Below are positions 35,848 through 44,719 of a DNA stretch of 55,822 bases, in pieces. Source of the DNA: a virus (Duplodnaviria; Caudoviricetes); the IMG/VR virus record IMGVR_UViG_3300020469_000059, positions 1-55,822 of that record. The stretch is one strand, 5' to 3'. The notes under the pieces are model-generated. The model was not told the DNA's origin and did not search any database. It was given only the letters and a program-made list of their open reading frames with translations. The position numbers and the translations under genes are program-made. Every line of letters begins with the position of its first letter. The first letter of the stretch is position 1.

Positions 35848-36080
35848 TTGCCGATTATGATTGCGCGACGATAAGAGTAGTCGCTGTGAAACTTCTGGCC
35901 TCGTCCTTTTAGCTGGCCTTCTACGAACTGATACGTGGCCCCGTCAATCAGAGTCACGGTCGGAGGATCGAGTAATGCGCTCTCGTTCAAACTTGAGTCG
36001 CTTCGCCAAGCGTTCGATCCGCAGCTTTGCAGCAGGGGAACCGTCAGCAGCAAGCTCATCGATGTCGTCTTCCAGTTCAT
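35844..36080 (-). CDS. Outer-membrane lipoprotein spanin candidate
   Basis: MNWKTTSMSLLLTVPLLQS-C lipobox; overlaps the next ORF in another frame. Confidence 0.65.
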   Translation of the reverse strand: MNWKTTSMSLLLTVPLLQSCGSNAWRSDSSLNESALLDPPTVTLIDGATYQFVEGQLKGRGQKFHSDYSYRRAIIIGK

Positions 36081-36153
36081 AAACGTAGCGCCTTCTCTTC
36101 CAGTCAATCATAGCTGTGTATGCCTTGATCAACTCAGTGAGTAATCTAATCAC
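35944..36153 (-). CDS. Inner spanin candidate
   Basis: Helical; overlaps the lipoprotein gene as in Rz/Rz1 pairs; transmembrane segment weak. Confidence 0.5.
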   Translation of the reverse strand: MIRLLTELIKAYTAMIDWKRRRYVYELEDDIDELAADGSPAAKLRIERLAKRLKFERERITRSSDRDSD

Positions 36154-36329
36154 TAAGATTTAGCGTTGAAGATATTAAGGGCGAGCCAATTAATAACCTT
36201 ATAGGCTTTACCGACAAACGTATCGTCTTTCGGGGTAGGGGTTAAGGCAGCGATAGCGGATGCGGCTGCGATGACGGCGGTAACAACCCCGAAGAGCTGC
36301 TCTTTGTTTTCGATGATGTAGTTAATCAT
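36153..36329 (-). CDS. Holin-like membrane protein
   Basis: VIAAASAIAALTPTPKDD...INWLALN holin-like motif. Confidence 0.7.
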   Translation of the reverse strand: MINYIIENKEQLFGVVTAVIAAASAIAALTPTPKDDTFVGKAYKVINWLALNIFNAKS

Positions 36330-36507
36330 TTTTCTTACGGTTACGGAATTTCTCAACTGCCATTATAGCAGAGAGGACGGCGATGATCAAGCCGAGAAAC
36401 GCCGAGACCATCTGGATGATTACGTTGATATTTTCAGGCAGCGTAGACATAAAAACGAATATGGATGCTAGGATACCGGAGATTGGGTGTGTGATGTGTT
36501 GGAACAT
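36322..36507 (-). CDS. Two-TM holin-like protein
   Basis: Two hydrophobic helices and a basic C-tail, in the lysis cassette. Confidence 0.6.
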   Translation of the reverse strand: MFQHITHPISGILASIFVFMSTLPENINVIIQMVSAFLGLIIAVLSAIMAVEKFRNRKKND

Positions 36508-36538
36508 TAGGGTTCAATAAGTTAGGTGTGTTGATCGG

Positions 36539-37702
36539 TTAGATCTGCGGAAATGTTGAGAAATCTGCTTCGGTAACTGTATAGTTTGTCGATACCCCTG
36601 CCTGTGTGTCGGCGGTAGCGATCATGGTGTTGATGCCTGAAATATAGTTTGCCACGGCTGTTCCGCCTCCTGCCCCGCCGTATGTCCAGACGGTCATAAG
36701 AACAAGCTCCCCATCGACGATTATGAACGCAGGGTTACCGCTGTCGCCGCTAATTTTATTCTCATGGAAAATAAGCCTGTTGGGGTCGGTAGGGTTCCGC
36801 ATCCCCCCAAAAGAATTCCAATCAATGATGAGAGCTTTCTCCTCTTGGTCTAACCCAAGGCAGGCTGTCTTAACCTGTTCGTTGGCTAAGTAGGTAGTGT
36901 AATTACTAGGCATTACATAGCAGGGTTTTATTGTAGGGGGTAGGTCACTATCTAAAGTGTAAATGGTTAAGTCTGGATAGTAGGGTCTGTAGTCAGGGTG
37001 TCGGGCTTTTCCAGCCACCGTGCGGTCATGAACCGTCCCGTCTTTCGCCACAAACCTAACCACCGCACCTACAGAATACTCATAGTGCGCCGCTCCAATG
37101 ACATGTCTTGGAGTCACCAGTGTCCCCGCTCGTTTATTACTACCGCTACTGTTCCAAGGGGAGGCGCAGGTAATGTCTAGGTCTCCGCACCATAAATCAG
37201 GATTTCTGACATAGGTTGAATTCGCGTGATCCTGAGAAGTGAATATCTTTCCGTTGACCCCCATGCTCATAGACTCATCCAGCAAGTCGTCGATTTGCTG
37301 AGAGCAATGGGTAGATAAAGAGATTTGCGGCTCAGACTCAGGTAGTGGTTCTTCGTCTTCTGGTTTCAGAGACCGCCATTCCAATTCCGTTACAACGGAC
37401 AAAGCTCCTTGATCAATGTAAGGCTGGAGCGCAGTGAAATCGTCAGGTGTTACTCTCCACGTTGCAAGTTGCAGCATGAGTTGTCCACTTCCGTCGGTGG
37501 TAGTCATGAGTTCTTCGGCTGGTGGGAGTCCGTGTAGGGTCGAGGCTTTTGCTCCACCTATCGGGTAGCCTCTGGACTGGTCAACGTAGCCATACAGGGC
37601 CGGATAGACGTCCGGTGTGGCGAGGAAAAAGAACCATCCGCTATCCAACTGGTCCTGTTCCAACTCAGTGAGTGGTTCGTCGATGTGTTCTTCTTCAGGC
37701 AT
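36539..37702 (-). CDS. Tail-module protein with trypsin-like serine protease domain
   Basis: GTLVTPRHVIGAAH, DL and GDSG give an intact His-Asp-Ser triad. Confidence 0.8.
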   Translation of the reverse strand: MPEEEHIDEPLTELEQDQLDSGWFFFLATPDVYPALYGYVDQSRGYPIGGAKASTLHGLPPAEELMTTTDGSGQLMLQLATWRVTPDDFTALQPYIDQGALSVVTELEWRSLKPEDEEPLPESEPQISLSTHCSQQIDDLLDESMSMGVNGKIFTSQDHANSTYVRNPDLWCGDLDITCASPWNSSGSNKRAGTLVTPRHVIGAAHYEYSVGAVVRFVAKDGTVHDRTVAGKARHPDYRPYYPDLTIYTLDSDLPPTIKPCYVMPSNYTTYLANEQVKTACLGLDQEEKALIIDWNSFGGMRNPTDPNRLIFHENKISGDSGNPAFIIVDGELVLMTVWTYGGAGGGTAVANYISGINTMIATADTQAGVSTNYTVTEADFSTFPQI

Positions 37703-37704
37703 GG

Positions 37705-39009
37705 TTAATAAATTGAGCTTTTGGCGTTCAAATAATCGCGGACCTTTGTTGCATTGCTGTCGGTTAGGGTGTGGTCGAACAGGTAGAGGGCTTCGAGGTC
37801 CATTGCGGGGACTCCAGTTCCTACAGGGTCTTGTCCAATATGGAAATCCTCCGAGGAAAGAGTGCTTAAACCAAATGAGGTTGATTGTTCGTTGCTGTTG
37901 TTGACGCGAGAAAATTGCTGGCCAGCGACAGCCTTTACTTCGTGCAGAATTACACCATTATCGGGATGCCATTTACCTGTGTGAATGCCGCGCCAGTTGT
38001 TCGAGTAATAATACGCTAGGTCGTTGTGGGTTTGTTTTCGCAGCGACCACAAGAATGCCTTATTGCTATTGTAGGCAAACGAATCATCGCTTGATTTCAT
38101 GACGAAAACGCGAGCCGACGAAGGACCGCCATTCCCATTCACCCTGAACGACGCGAAGAAATAACCCCCTTGAGTATTGGTTTCGTTAAACACGCCAACC
38201 AATGACGTATTCGCACCATCGAATCGGAGGAAATTCCTGCGAACAATGGTGGCAGGGTCTTGACCTGATTTGTTGATACTAACCGTCTGCCCTGTCGAGC
38301 AGGTGAAGGAAGACGCGCCATGTGTGGCGTTGCTAAAGTCAATATTAAGCTCTTCGGTTCCGGCAACAGAAAGGGTGGCTGTCTTAATATAGCCGTTCAT
38401 GCTCAGGATTGCCGTTGAAAATTGCCCGTTAAAACTGAGGTGTGTTAACGCAAAAGAGTTAGCTACGTTTTTAGTGGCTTTAATAGCCCCGTCTTGTTTC
38501 AAGGTAATAGTGCCTCCGCTGCGCTCTACTGTTATTGTTGAGTCCCCCGTAGATAAGGCTGAGTCTAAGAGAATGAAGTTGGCGCCCATATAGAAGTATC
38601 CATTAAAAATGGCAAAACGATGGGTAGTCGCCGCTCCCGACACTAAGTGAAAATTGGTAGAATTTAGAAGATGGACCTGAGTAGTGTAGACAAAATCTTC
38701 GCTTGTGCCAATCGAGGGAAATGTAACGCTTGCGGAGTTTCCGCTGACTGATGGCAAATACAAATGGCCTCCACCGACTGGAACGTGTGCGCGGGGTTGA
38801 TTGCTTGCTGTGGTCTGGGTCGCATTCGCTCCACCACTCACTCGGTTATCCAGAGTGGCGACGAGGTCGAGGTTTCCAGCAGCAGCGTCTCCAGCCGCCA
38901 GCATTGACCTGCTCGCCTCAAACGCCAGAATCGGGTTTAGGGATAAGGGGTCGAAGGGTGAGAACGGGCTACCCGTAGTTAGACCTAATCCGAGACTGAG
39001 CCGAGACAT
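37705..39009 (-). CDS. Tail fibre / receptor-binding protein with LamG-like beta domains
   Basis: LSLGLGL N-terminus, beta-rich, C-terminal LYLFDHTLTD..ATKVRDYL typical of LamG-type fibres. Confidence 0.65.
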   Translation of the reverse strand: MSRLSLGLGLTTGSPFSPFDPLSLNPILAFEASRSMLAAGDAAAGNLDLVATLDNRVSGGANATQTTASNQPRAHVPVGGGHLYLPSVSGNSASVTFPSIGTSEDFVYTTQVHLLNSTNFHLVSGAATTHRFAIFNGYFYMGANFILLDSALSTGDSTITVERSGGTITLKQDGAIKATKNVANSFALTHLSFNGQFSTAILSMNGYIKTATLSVAGTEELNIDFSNATHGASSFTCSTGQTVSINKSGQDPATIVRRNFLRFDGANTSLVGVFNETNTQGGYFFASFRVNGNGGPSSARVFVMKSSDDSFAYNSNKAFLWSLRKQTHNDLAYYYSNNWRGIHTGKWHPDNGVILHEVKAVAGQQFSRVNNSNEQSTSFGLSTLSSEDFHIGQDPVGTGVPAMDLEALYLFDHTLTDSNATKVRDYLNAKSSIY

Positions 39010-39015
39010 ACCACG

Positions 39016-39261
39016 TTAAACTTGATTGTATGCGAGAACCTTGCCAGAGTCCAAGGTGAAGGCGGTGATCTGACCGTAGATAACCGTTCCAGCAGGAATG
39101 GCTATTCCGGTCAGAGTTCCAGTCAGTTCGGGCCAAGTAATTGCGCTGAAGTTAGCTTCTGCTAGAACTTGAATGGCGCAGAAATCGCCTGAAGCACTGC
39201 CACTTGTTACGCACACAGCTCCGCTCTGGCCGAAGGATTGTTTGTCGATCTTGTTAGTCAT
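39016..39261 (-). CDS. Small virion/fibre-associated beta protein
   Basis: IPAG.VIYG.IT.FTL.SG.VLAY motif common upstream of fibre genes. Confidence 0.6.
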   Translation of the reverse strand: MTNKIDKQSFGQSGAVCVTSGSASGDFCAIQVLAEANFSAITWPELTGTLTGIAIPAGTVIYGQITAFTLDSGKVLAYNQV

Positions 39262-39264
39262 AAG

Positions 39265-40236
39265 TTAGATAATGTTTGGGGTGTTGAAATTGTTTCCGGC
39301 TGGTTTGAGGGTGACTTTAGGCTTCGCGGCTCCTCTGGTGGCGTCCAGTTCTTCATCGAGAAGCTGGCGGCAGATCGTCCAGTGATACTGGGCGCGTTCC
39401 AAATCGGCGTTGTCCTCCGCCAGCATACCCAAAAGTCCGTGCTTGATGACGTTCAGGTTGCCTAGATACATGATGTCGTCCTGCGTCAGGACTGGCTCCC
39501 ATGCTCGTTTGAGCAGTAGTTTGACGTTCTTGACAGACGAATCGCTGTTGTGGAACCGGAATCGGCGGTAGCGAGCCACGCCGTCACCTTTGATTTCAGC
39601 GAGGATTATTTTTTCGGTGGCGTCGGCATAGTTCTCAGCGATGATACGGATTTTCTCTGGAACCCCGTAATACGAGATGTTTTTAACTTTGAGAGAGCCG
39701 TCATCAAACTCAAAGCTACTAATAGCGGGAGACCCAAATGAAGCAGTAACAGAAGAGTGAGTATCTACGTTATTCTGGTATTCATAGTCTACGTTTATGT
39801 CTCCTATAATATCAATAGTGACCTCTCCTTCAATGGGTAACCCTGTATTAGTCGGTATGGGGACTGCTTTTAGACGGTAATTTTTAGAGCTTGAATAAGG
39901 TATTTCCTCTTTGGTGGGGTGAAACCCGTCGTCCACGATGCCAAAAATGGGGGCGGGGCCGTCGCTGGCGTAGCCAGAGATCCGGTAATCGTGCCACTGA
40001 GACTGCGCTTCTACCGGAGAGTTCTGCAACATTGCCCCTAAAAGGCTGTCAGAATGCTCTGGCAGCGTGAAATAGTCGTTCGTGGTCTCAATAGACCAGT
40101 CATACAGAAGATCCCGCCACATCCCCATCGCATATAGGCGGGGCATGACCATGTTCAATTTCGCCACGATATCCTCATCGGGGCGGACATAGTCGGAAAG
40201 GGCTTTGGTTACGGCCTTGACAGTCAACGCTGGCAT
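39265..40236 (-). CDS. Putative tail adaptor / tubular protein
   Basis: Helical N- and C-termini around a beta core; position in the tail module. Confidence 0.5.
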   Translation of the reverse strand: MPALTVKAVTKALSDYVRPDEDIVAKLNMVMPRLYAMGMWRDLLYDWSIETTNDYFTLPEHSDSLLGAMLQNSPVEAQSQWHDYRISGYASDGPAPIFGIVDDGFHPTKEEIPYSSSKNYRLKAVPIPTNTGLPIEGEVTIDIIGDINVDYEYQNNVDTHSSVTASFGSPAISSFEFDDGSLKVKNISYYGVPEKIRIIAENYADATEKIILAEIKGDGVARYRRFRFHNSDSSVKNVKLLLKRAWEPVLTQDDIMYLGNLNVIKHGLLGMLAEDNADLERAQYHWTICRQLLDEELDATRGAAKPKVTLKPAGNNFNTPNII

Positions 40237-40242
40237 AGGCCG

Positions 40243-40271
40243 AATATAGTCGGGTTAGGCGGTCAAGTCAA
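40243..40271 (-). promoter_or_regulatory. Sigma70-type promoter, leaderless geometry
   Basis: TTGACT-N17-TATATT, 6 nt before the ATG at 40236. Confidence 0.75.
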
Positions 40272-41012
40272 TCACTGAGAAATAGGGGGTAATCCTAAGC
40301 CACGGCGTAGACAGGCTCCTAGACGGGTGTCACTAGCGAGAAGATCGTCCGGCCCGTCGAAGCGGTCAATGAGTCCTGCCAGCGCATGACGCGATGGTAT
40401 AACACCCCAAGAGTTGTAGCTGGCCACTTCTTCGTCAGTTCCGCCCTGCTCCCACAAACCAATCTCCCCGCAATTTATCGGGGCGACCAAGTGCTTAGGT
40501 AGCTCGATCCACTGCCCCCAACCATTGTTTTCGAGGGACTTCCTTACCGCATCAGTAGCCGCCTCCAGCCACCCGATTGCACCATCCTTTCGCACAAGAA
40601 CCTCCAGTGCGAAGTCCGCTGAGTCACGGATAACCTTAGAACCAGCTCTCCCAGCAAAGAAGTTATCCATCCAGTCCCCACTCCACTCTTTGTACCCGAC
40701 GAAATCGAATCCGCGAGCCATCTCGGTAAGCCAAGAAAGATCGGACCAACAAATATAATCCATGTCCACCCAAGCCCCTCCCACAGTAGCGATGAATTTC
40801 TTACGTATCCAATCCACTCGGTGTGTGCAGTAAGCTCTTTCGAGGACTTTCGGGAGTGGTCCTAATGAATCTTCCACATCCTGCCTCCCTATCAGGACGG
40901 CATCGGGGTTGTGATATTTGACAGTCTTCCAGCATAGGTCATAGAACCAATGCCGATTTTCGCCCTCCCAGTAACAGTAGAGCTTATAACTCTCGTCCCT
41001 TTCTGGTTTCAA
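40272..41012 (-). CDS. Glycosyltransferase, GT32/capsule-synthesis-like (DxD)
   Basis: CYW.G, RVDWIR...GGAWVDMD; TTG start overlapping the upstream TGA. Confidence 0.75.
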   Translation of the reverse strand: MKPERDESYKLYCYWEGENRHWFYDLCWKTVKYHNPDAVLIGRQDVEDSLGPLPKVLERAYCTHRVDWIRKKFIATVGGAWVDMDYICWSDLSWLTEMARGFDFVGYKEWSGDWMDNFFAGRAGSKVIRDSADFALEVLVRKDGAIGWLEAATDAVRKSLENNGWGQWIELPKHLVAPINCGEIGLWEQGGTDEEVASYNSWGVIPSRHALAGLIDRFDGPDDLLASDTRLGACLRRGLGLPPISQ

Positions 41013-41728
41013 TTATGCCCTCCCCCTAAGATATTAGCATATTCTATCAGTCTATCTTTGTTATTGCGCCACCCTACAAAGTGTAAGATATGATTGTTGG
41101 CGGCGGTCTCCAAAATAGTGCTTTTTTTCAAAGACTCCCCCGTTGTCTCCGGCCATTGGCATTCGTCTATGTTACGCTGGTTATATTCCTCACCGACCCA
41201 AGTAATCTCGATTCCCGCTTCCGCTGTTCGCATATTCAAAAAATCTTGTTCCCAACACCACTCGTCGGGATAGGGCGGGTCGAGGTTAAGGGAGCGGATA
41301 GCCTCTAGACGGAATAGTAATATACCAGCGTTGAGGTAAGGGTCTTCTACGCCGCAAGCTTTCTCTGCGCTTTCGGGGAAGAATTTAGCGACCCATTCCC
41401 TATACCTATCGTCTTTCGTCGGCCATGCTTGATCTCGCGAGCATATTAGATCTCCTTCTATATCAAATAGATTAGGGCAGCTTGGCAAAACCAGAACATC
41501 GCAGTCTAACACCAGCACTTCCTTATAATAGTCCTGCTCTCGAAACCTCTTCATGAAGTCAACCCATGCCCATACGGGGAGGTTGTTATACGGCTTACCC
41601 GACTCTTCAGGGAACCACTTTACTTCGTGAAAGTCTGCCCCCACTTTACTCGCATACTCTCGCATTGATTCTACAGATGGCCCCACCCAAGGCATATCCC
41701 CAATAGCAAATGTAACAATAAGTCTCAT
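41009..41728 (-). CDS. Glycosyltransferase, GT8-like
   Basis: LVLDCDVL, YLNAGILL, EQDFLN, YN and ILHFVG motifs. Confidence 0.82.
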   Translation of the reverse strand: MRLIVTFAIGDMPWVGPSVESMREYASKVGADFHEVKWFPEESGKPYNNLPVWAWVDFMKRFREQDYYKEVLVLDCDVLVLPSCPNLFDIEGDLICSRDQAWPTKDDRYREWVAKFFPESAEKACGVEDPYLNAGILLFRLEAIRSLNLDPPYPDEWCWEQDFLNMRTAEAGIEITWVGEEYNQRNIDECQWPETTGESLKKSTILETAANNHILHFVGWRNNKDRLIEYANILGGGHN

Positions 41729-41780
41729 CGTCTAAATATTTTTATAAAACCGATTACCGTTTGTCCACTCTTTATCCAAA

Positions 41781-42452
41781 CTACCAAAATTTAGTCTCAT
41801 TTATCTTACCGTTAATATTCGACGAACCTGCTCGCTGGCCCACGATCCAGTCTTTCGGGCAGTAAACGGGCCAGTCCTTGCGGCGGTGCGCTAGCTCGAG
41901 CTGGTGGTCAATATGCTTGTTCGTGTCTCGGTAGTCCGTCGCGTAGGAGATGTGGCGGTATAGTTCCTGAAACGTGGACTGGTTTACAGCGTAGGCGTGG
42001 GTTCGGTTGACGGAGCCTCCAATTACTACATTAGGGGATCTTGTCTGTGCTTTGTCTCTCCGGTGCTGTCCACCTAAGTAAATCTGGCCCCAGTCATCCG
42101 GCACGTCCTCCATGAACTCATTAAGCTTCTCTAGCGAGTCTTCCTTGAAGATCACGTCGTCCTCCAATACCAATACGTTATTTAAGGTCAACGTATGCCG
42201 CCCGTCTCTAGTGTGTAGAACGTCTTCAAGGATTCTCTGGTGTGAACGTAGGCAACCCCACGCTCCGTTGCCGGAACCCCAGTCGGCGGGATGAGTTGTC
42301 CAGTCGCCGATAATAGCTGGATAATAGTGGACCCAGTCATTATTAGCCATTCCGGTTTCTTCCAAATGCCTCTTGGTCTCTTCAAGACGATCCGGTCTGT
42401 GGGCGCAGTTGATCACGTAAACGCGGTCAAACCAGTCGGTTAGGTTTTTCAT
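41781..42452 (-). CDS. Glycosyltransferase, GT25-like
   Basis: YVIN...R.DR, GC.RSH, LVLEDDV, THAYAV and ID motifs. Confidence 0.85.
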   Translation of the reverse strand: MKNLTDWFDRVYVINCAHRPDRLEETKRHLEETGMANNDWVHYYPAIIGDWTTHPADWGSGNGAWGCLRSHQRILEDVLHTRDGRHTLTLNNVLVLEDDVIFKEDSLEKLNEFMEDVPDDWGQIYLGGQHRRDKAQTRSPNVVIGGSVNRTHAYAVNQSTFQELYRHISYATDYRDTNKHIDHQLELAHRRKDWPVYCPKDWIVGQRAGSSNINGKINETKFW

Positions 42453-42473
42453 GATTATTGAAAAGTTAAGTTA

Positions 42474-43664
42474 TCAGTGGCTGCAAGGATTGCTAAGGTC
42501 CACGATGACGCGGTATTGATTGGCATATGTATCTGCCGGATCACCCTCATATAATCCGTCTGGGCCAGCTTCTTCAGAAGCATTATCGTTTTCAATCCAT
42601 CTAGAAAACGTAGAACCGGAAAGGGTGTTGTATTCCCAATACTCTCCGTAACCAATAGTATGACTAACGCCACTAGAGTCTGTGTGAGCGTAAAGACCTA
42701 TTACTTCATCCCAATCTAAATAGAAAGGCCCAGCCACAACTTCCCCAAATCCAGAACTCCCACTGAACTCTGCATCATAGTAAGTTACTGTCGCTGTATC
42801 AGAACAGGAGTCTGAACCTGAACCTGAACCTGAACCTGAATCTGAATCTGAGTCCGATTCCGATACCGAACCTGACACTGAGCCTGAACCTGAGTCTGAT
42901 ACTGAGCCTGAGTCTGAGTCACTGCTGCAAGAGTCGCATCTCACTAGCTCCAGCGTTGAAGACGAATTTAAAAGGGTGTATACCCCGAAATTAGGGCAGT
43001 CCCCATCATTATCATCATCTAGCCCCCCATCCTCACCGAAGGATCCTTGGTTATAGCGTGTCGCTGTGTTTCCCACTAACACAGTCCATACCCCATCAGT
43101 CCACTTCCGAAGAGTGAAGCCATCCCCGCCATTCCCGTCCGTGAAAAACCGTACGTTTGGCGAAAAAGGGTCATTGAAATCAGTCCATACCTCGGTTAGC
43201 TCAATACATCTTATACTCCCATCTACGAGGATCTTAACCATGTAGCACGGACATGATACTGAGCCTGAGTCTGAGCCTGAACCTGAGTCTGAATCTGAAC
43301 CTGAACTTGAGTCTGATTCTGATACCGATGAGCCACTCTTAGAGGAACCGCTGCCGCTGTCGCTGTCGCTGCAAGACGAATCGCTAGTGGTTATGTTGAC
43401 GGGGTGTCGCCTCAACGTGATGTTGAGTAGAGCAGTGTAAGTGCCTGTCGGATCACCTGAGTCTGTTGGTCCCAACCATTTTTGTGGGTTTTCACCTTCA
43501 CTTTGCTGGTTCCTCTGGAAGACCCACCTGCCGAGGAAGTTTGAGTATACAAGGGTGCTTGTCCCATCCGTGTAACCGCCTGCGGCGTCGAGAGTAAGAT
43601 CGTAGTCGAATTCGACATCAAAATCGTCGGTGAAAGAGACGTGCGCTTTACAAGGTAGCGGCAT
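42474..43664 (-). CDS. Ser-Asp/Ser-Gly repeat virion protein with three Cys-bracketed domains
   Basis: Two ~40-aa (SD/SG/SV/SE)n tracts separating three ~90-110 aa beta domains, each bounded by Cys. Confidence 0.75.
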   Translation of the reverse strand: MPLPCKAHVSFTDDFDVEFDYDLTLDAAGGYTDGTSTLVYSNFLGRWVFQRNQQSEGENPQKWLGPTDSGDPTGTYTALLNITLRRHPVNITTSDSSCSDSDSGSGSSKSGSSVSESDSSSGSDSDSGSGSDSGSVSCPCYMVKILVDGSIRCIELTEVWTDFNDPFSPNVRFFTDGNGGDGFTLRKWTDGVWTVLVGNTATRYNQGSFGEDGGLDDDNDGDCPNFGVYTLLNSSSTLELVRCDSCSSDSDSGSVSDSGSGSVSGSVSESDSDSDSGSGSGSGSDSCSDTATVTYYDAEFSGSSGFGEVVAGPFYLDWDEVIGLYAHTDSSGVSHTIGYGEYWEYNTLSGSTFSRWIENDNASEEAGPDGLYEGDPADTYANQYRVIVDLSNPCSH

Positions 43665-44719
43665 TACTCTCTAGGATAGGCTGAGTTAATAAACTTCTCG
43701 TTAGCGATGAATTGCTCTCTGCTACGCTCAGGCATATCAAGGTGCTTGAATCCTTTACGGACTCCAGTCAGCTTCAAAGTAACCTTATTCGGCCTCAAAA
43801 AAGATAAAGGCCACGCTGAGAGAACCACGTTGTTCTTCTCGACCACCGCGCCGACTGATCCGGCCCTGTCGCCAGCGACGCCAGTGATGACCATCGAGTC
43901 TGGCTCGCATACCGCCAAAAATCGATCATCGATTCGGGTTACGGTTTTGGGGCCGACCACCGGAACATCGCGCATCACGAACTCAAAGAGAACCTCGTTG
44001 GACTCCATCGTGAATAACGCACCGTATCCTTTGTCGTGCCAGCCCATCGGCACAATGGCCGTTGATTTATCGGAACCGGAGGGGTCGTCTCCTCCTCCTC
44101 CGCTGGTGGAACCGCTAGAGTCATCACCACTGCCTATACCTCCTATAGGCTCTGCAAAAGCGGTTATCCAATAAACGTCGGTGGATATGTTTTGGTCTAG
44201 TGACGAGATGTCATAACCGCCGTCTCCTTCCGCGACGTTCCCGATTTTAACCCAGAACTTACCGCCGTCTTCATTAGGCAAGCTTTGTTGCTCCGGCTCA
44301 TCTGGACCCTTTAATTCACATAAAGTAACAGAACCTGACGTGTCGGTTTCCCAGTAAAGGTAAACATCGCCGCGCCAGTCTAGGTCATAGAATTTATAAC
44401 GGTTCTCATTACTACTTAGGTTACTGGGGACAATTACTTGCGGGTTACTTAATCCTGTTTGAGATACCAAACCATCTGGCCCAATTACCATCTTGTTAAT
44501 CTGGTGAACCAGAACGCCGAAGTAGATGTGTATTTTACCTTTGGGAGCGGGGCGCAGGGCAAAGGGATACGGTTTGTAGTCTGGGGGTTCCCTAGAAGTC
44601 TCCACCATAGAAGACTCGCCACCTGTATCGAACGCAACGTCGTAGTTTCGGTTATCTTCTGGCGCACTGGTTAGTGGCACAGGTAATTCGATATCGTTCC
44701 TGACGAATGGTTTTTTCAT
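43664..44719 (-). CDS. Putative tail protein with Gly/Ser/Asp linker
   Basis: GGIGSGDDSSGSTSGGGGDDPSGS linker; TAATG coupling to the SD-repeat gene. Confidence 0.6.
   Translation of the reverse strand: MKKPFVRNDIELPVPLTSAPEDNRNYDVAFDTGGESSMVETSREPPDYKPYPFALRPAPKGKIHIYFGVLVHQINKMVIGPDGLVSQTGLSNPQVIVPSNLSSNENRYKFYDLDWRGDVYLYWETDTSGSVTLCELKGPDEPEQQSLPNEDGGKFWVKIGNVAEGDGGYDISSLDQNISTDVYWITAFAEPIGGIGSGDDSSGSTSGGGGDDPSGSDKSTAIVPMGWHDKGYGALFTMESNEVLFEFVMRDVPVVGPKTVTRIDDRFLAVCEPDSMVITGVAGDRAGSVGAVVEKNNVVLSAWPLSFLRPNKVTLKLTGVRKGFKHLDMPERSREQFIANEKFINSAYPRE

Noticed and set aside
42810-42900. CCTGAA repeats as copies of the early-region CCTGAAC heptamer
   Set aside because: Here the period is 6 and reflects Ser-Gly codons (TCA GGT) on the - strand
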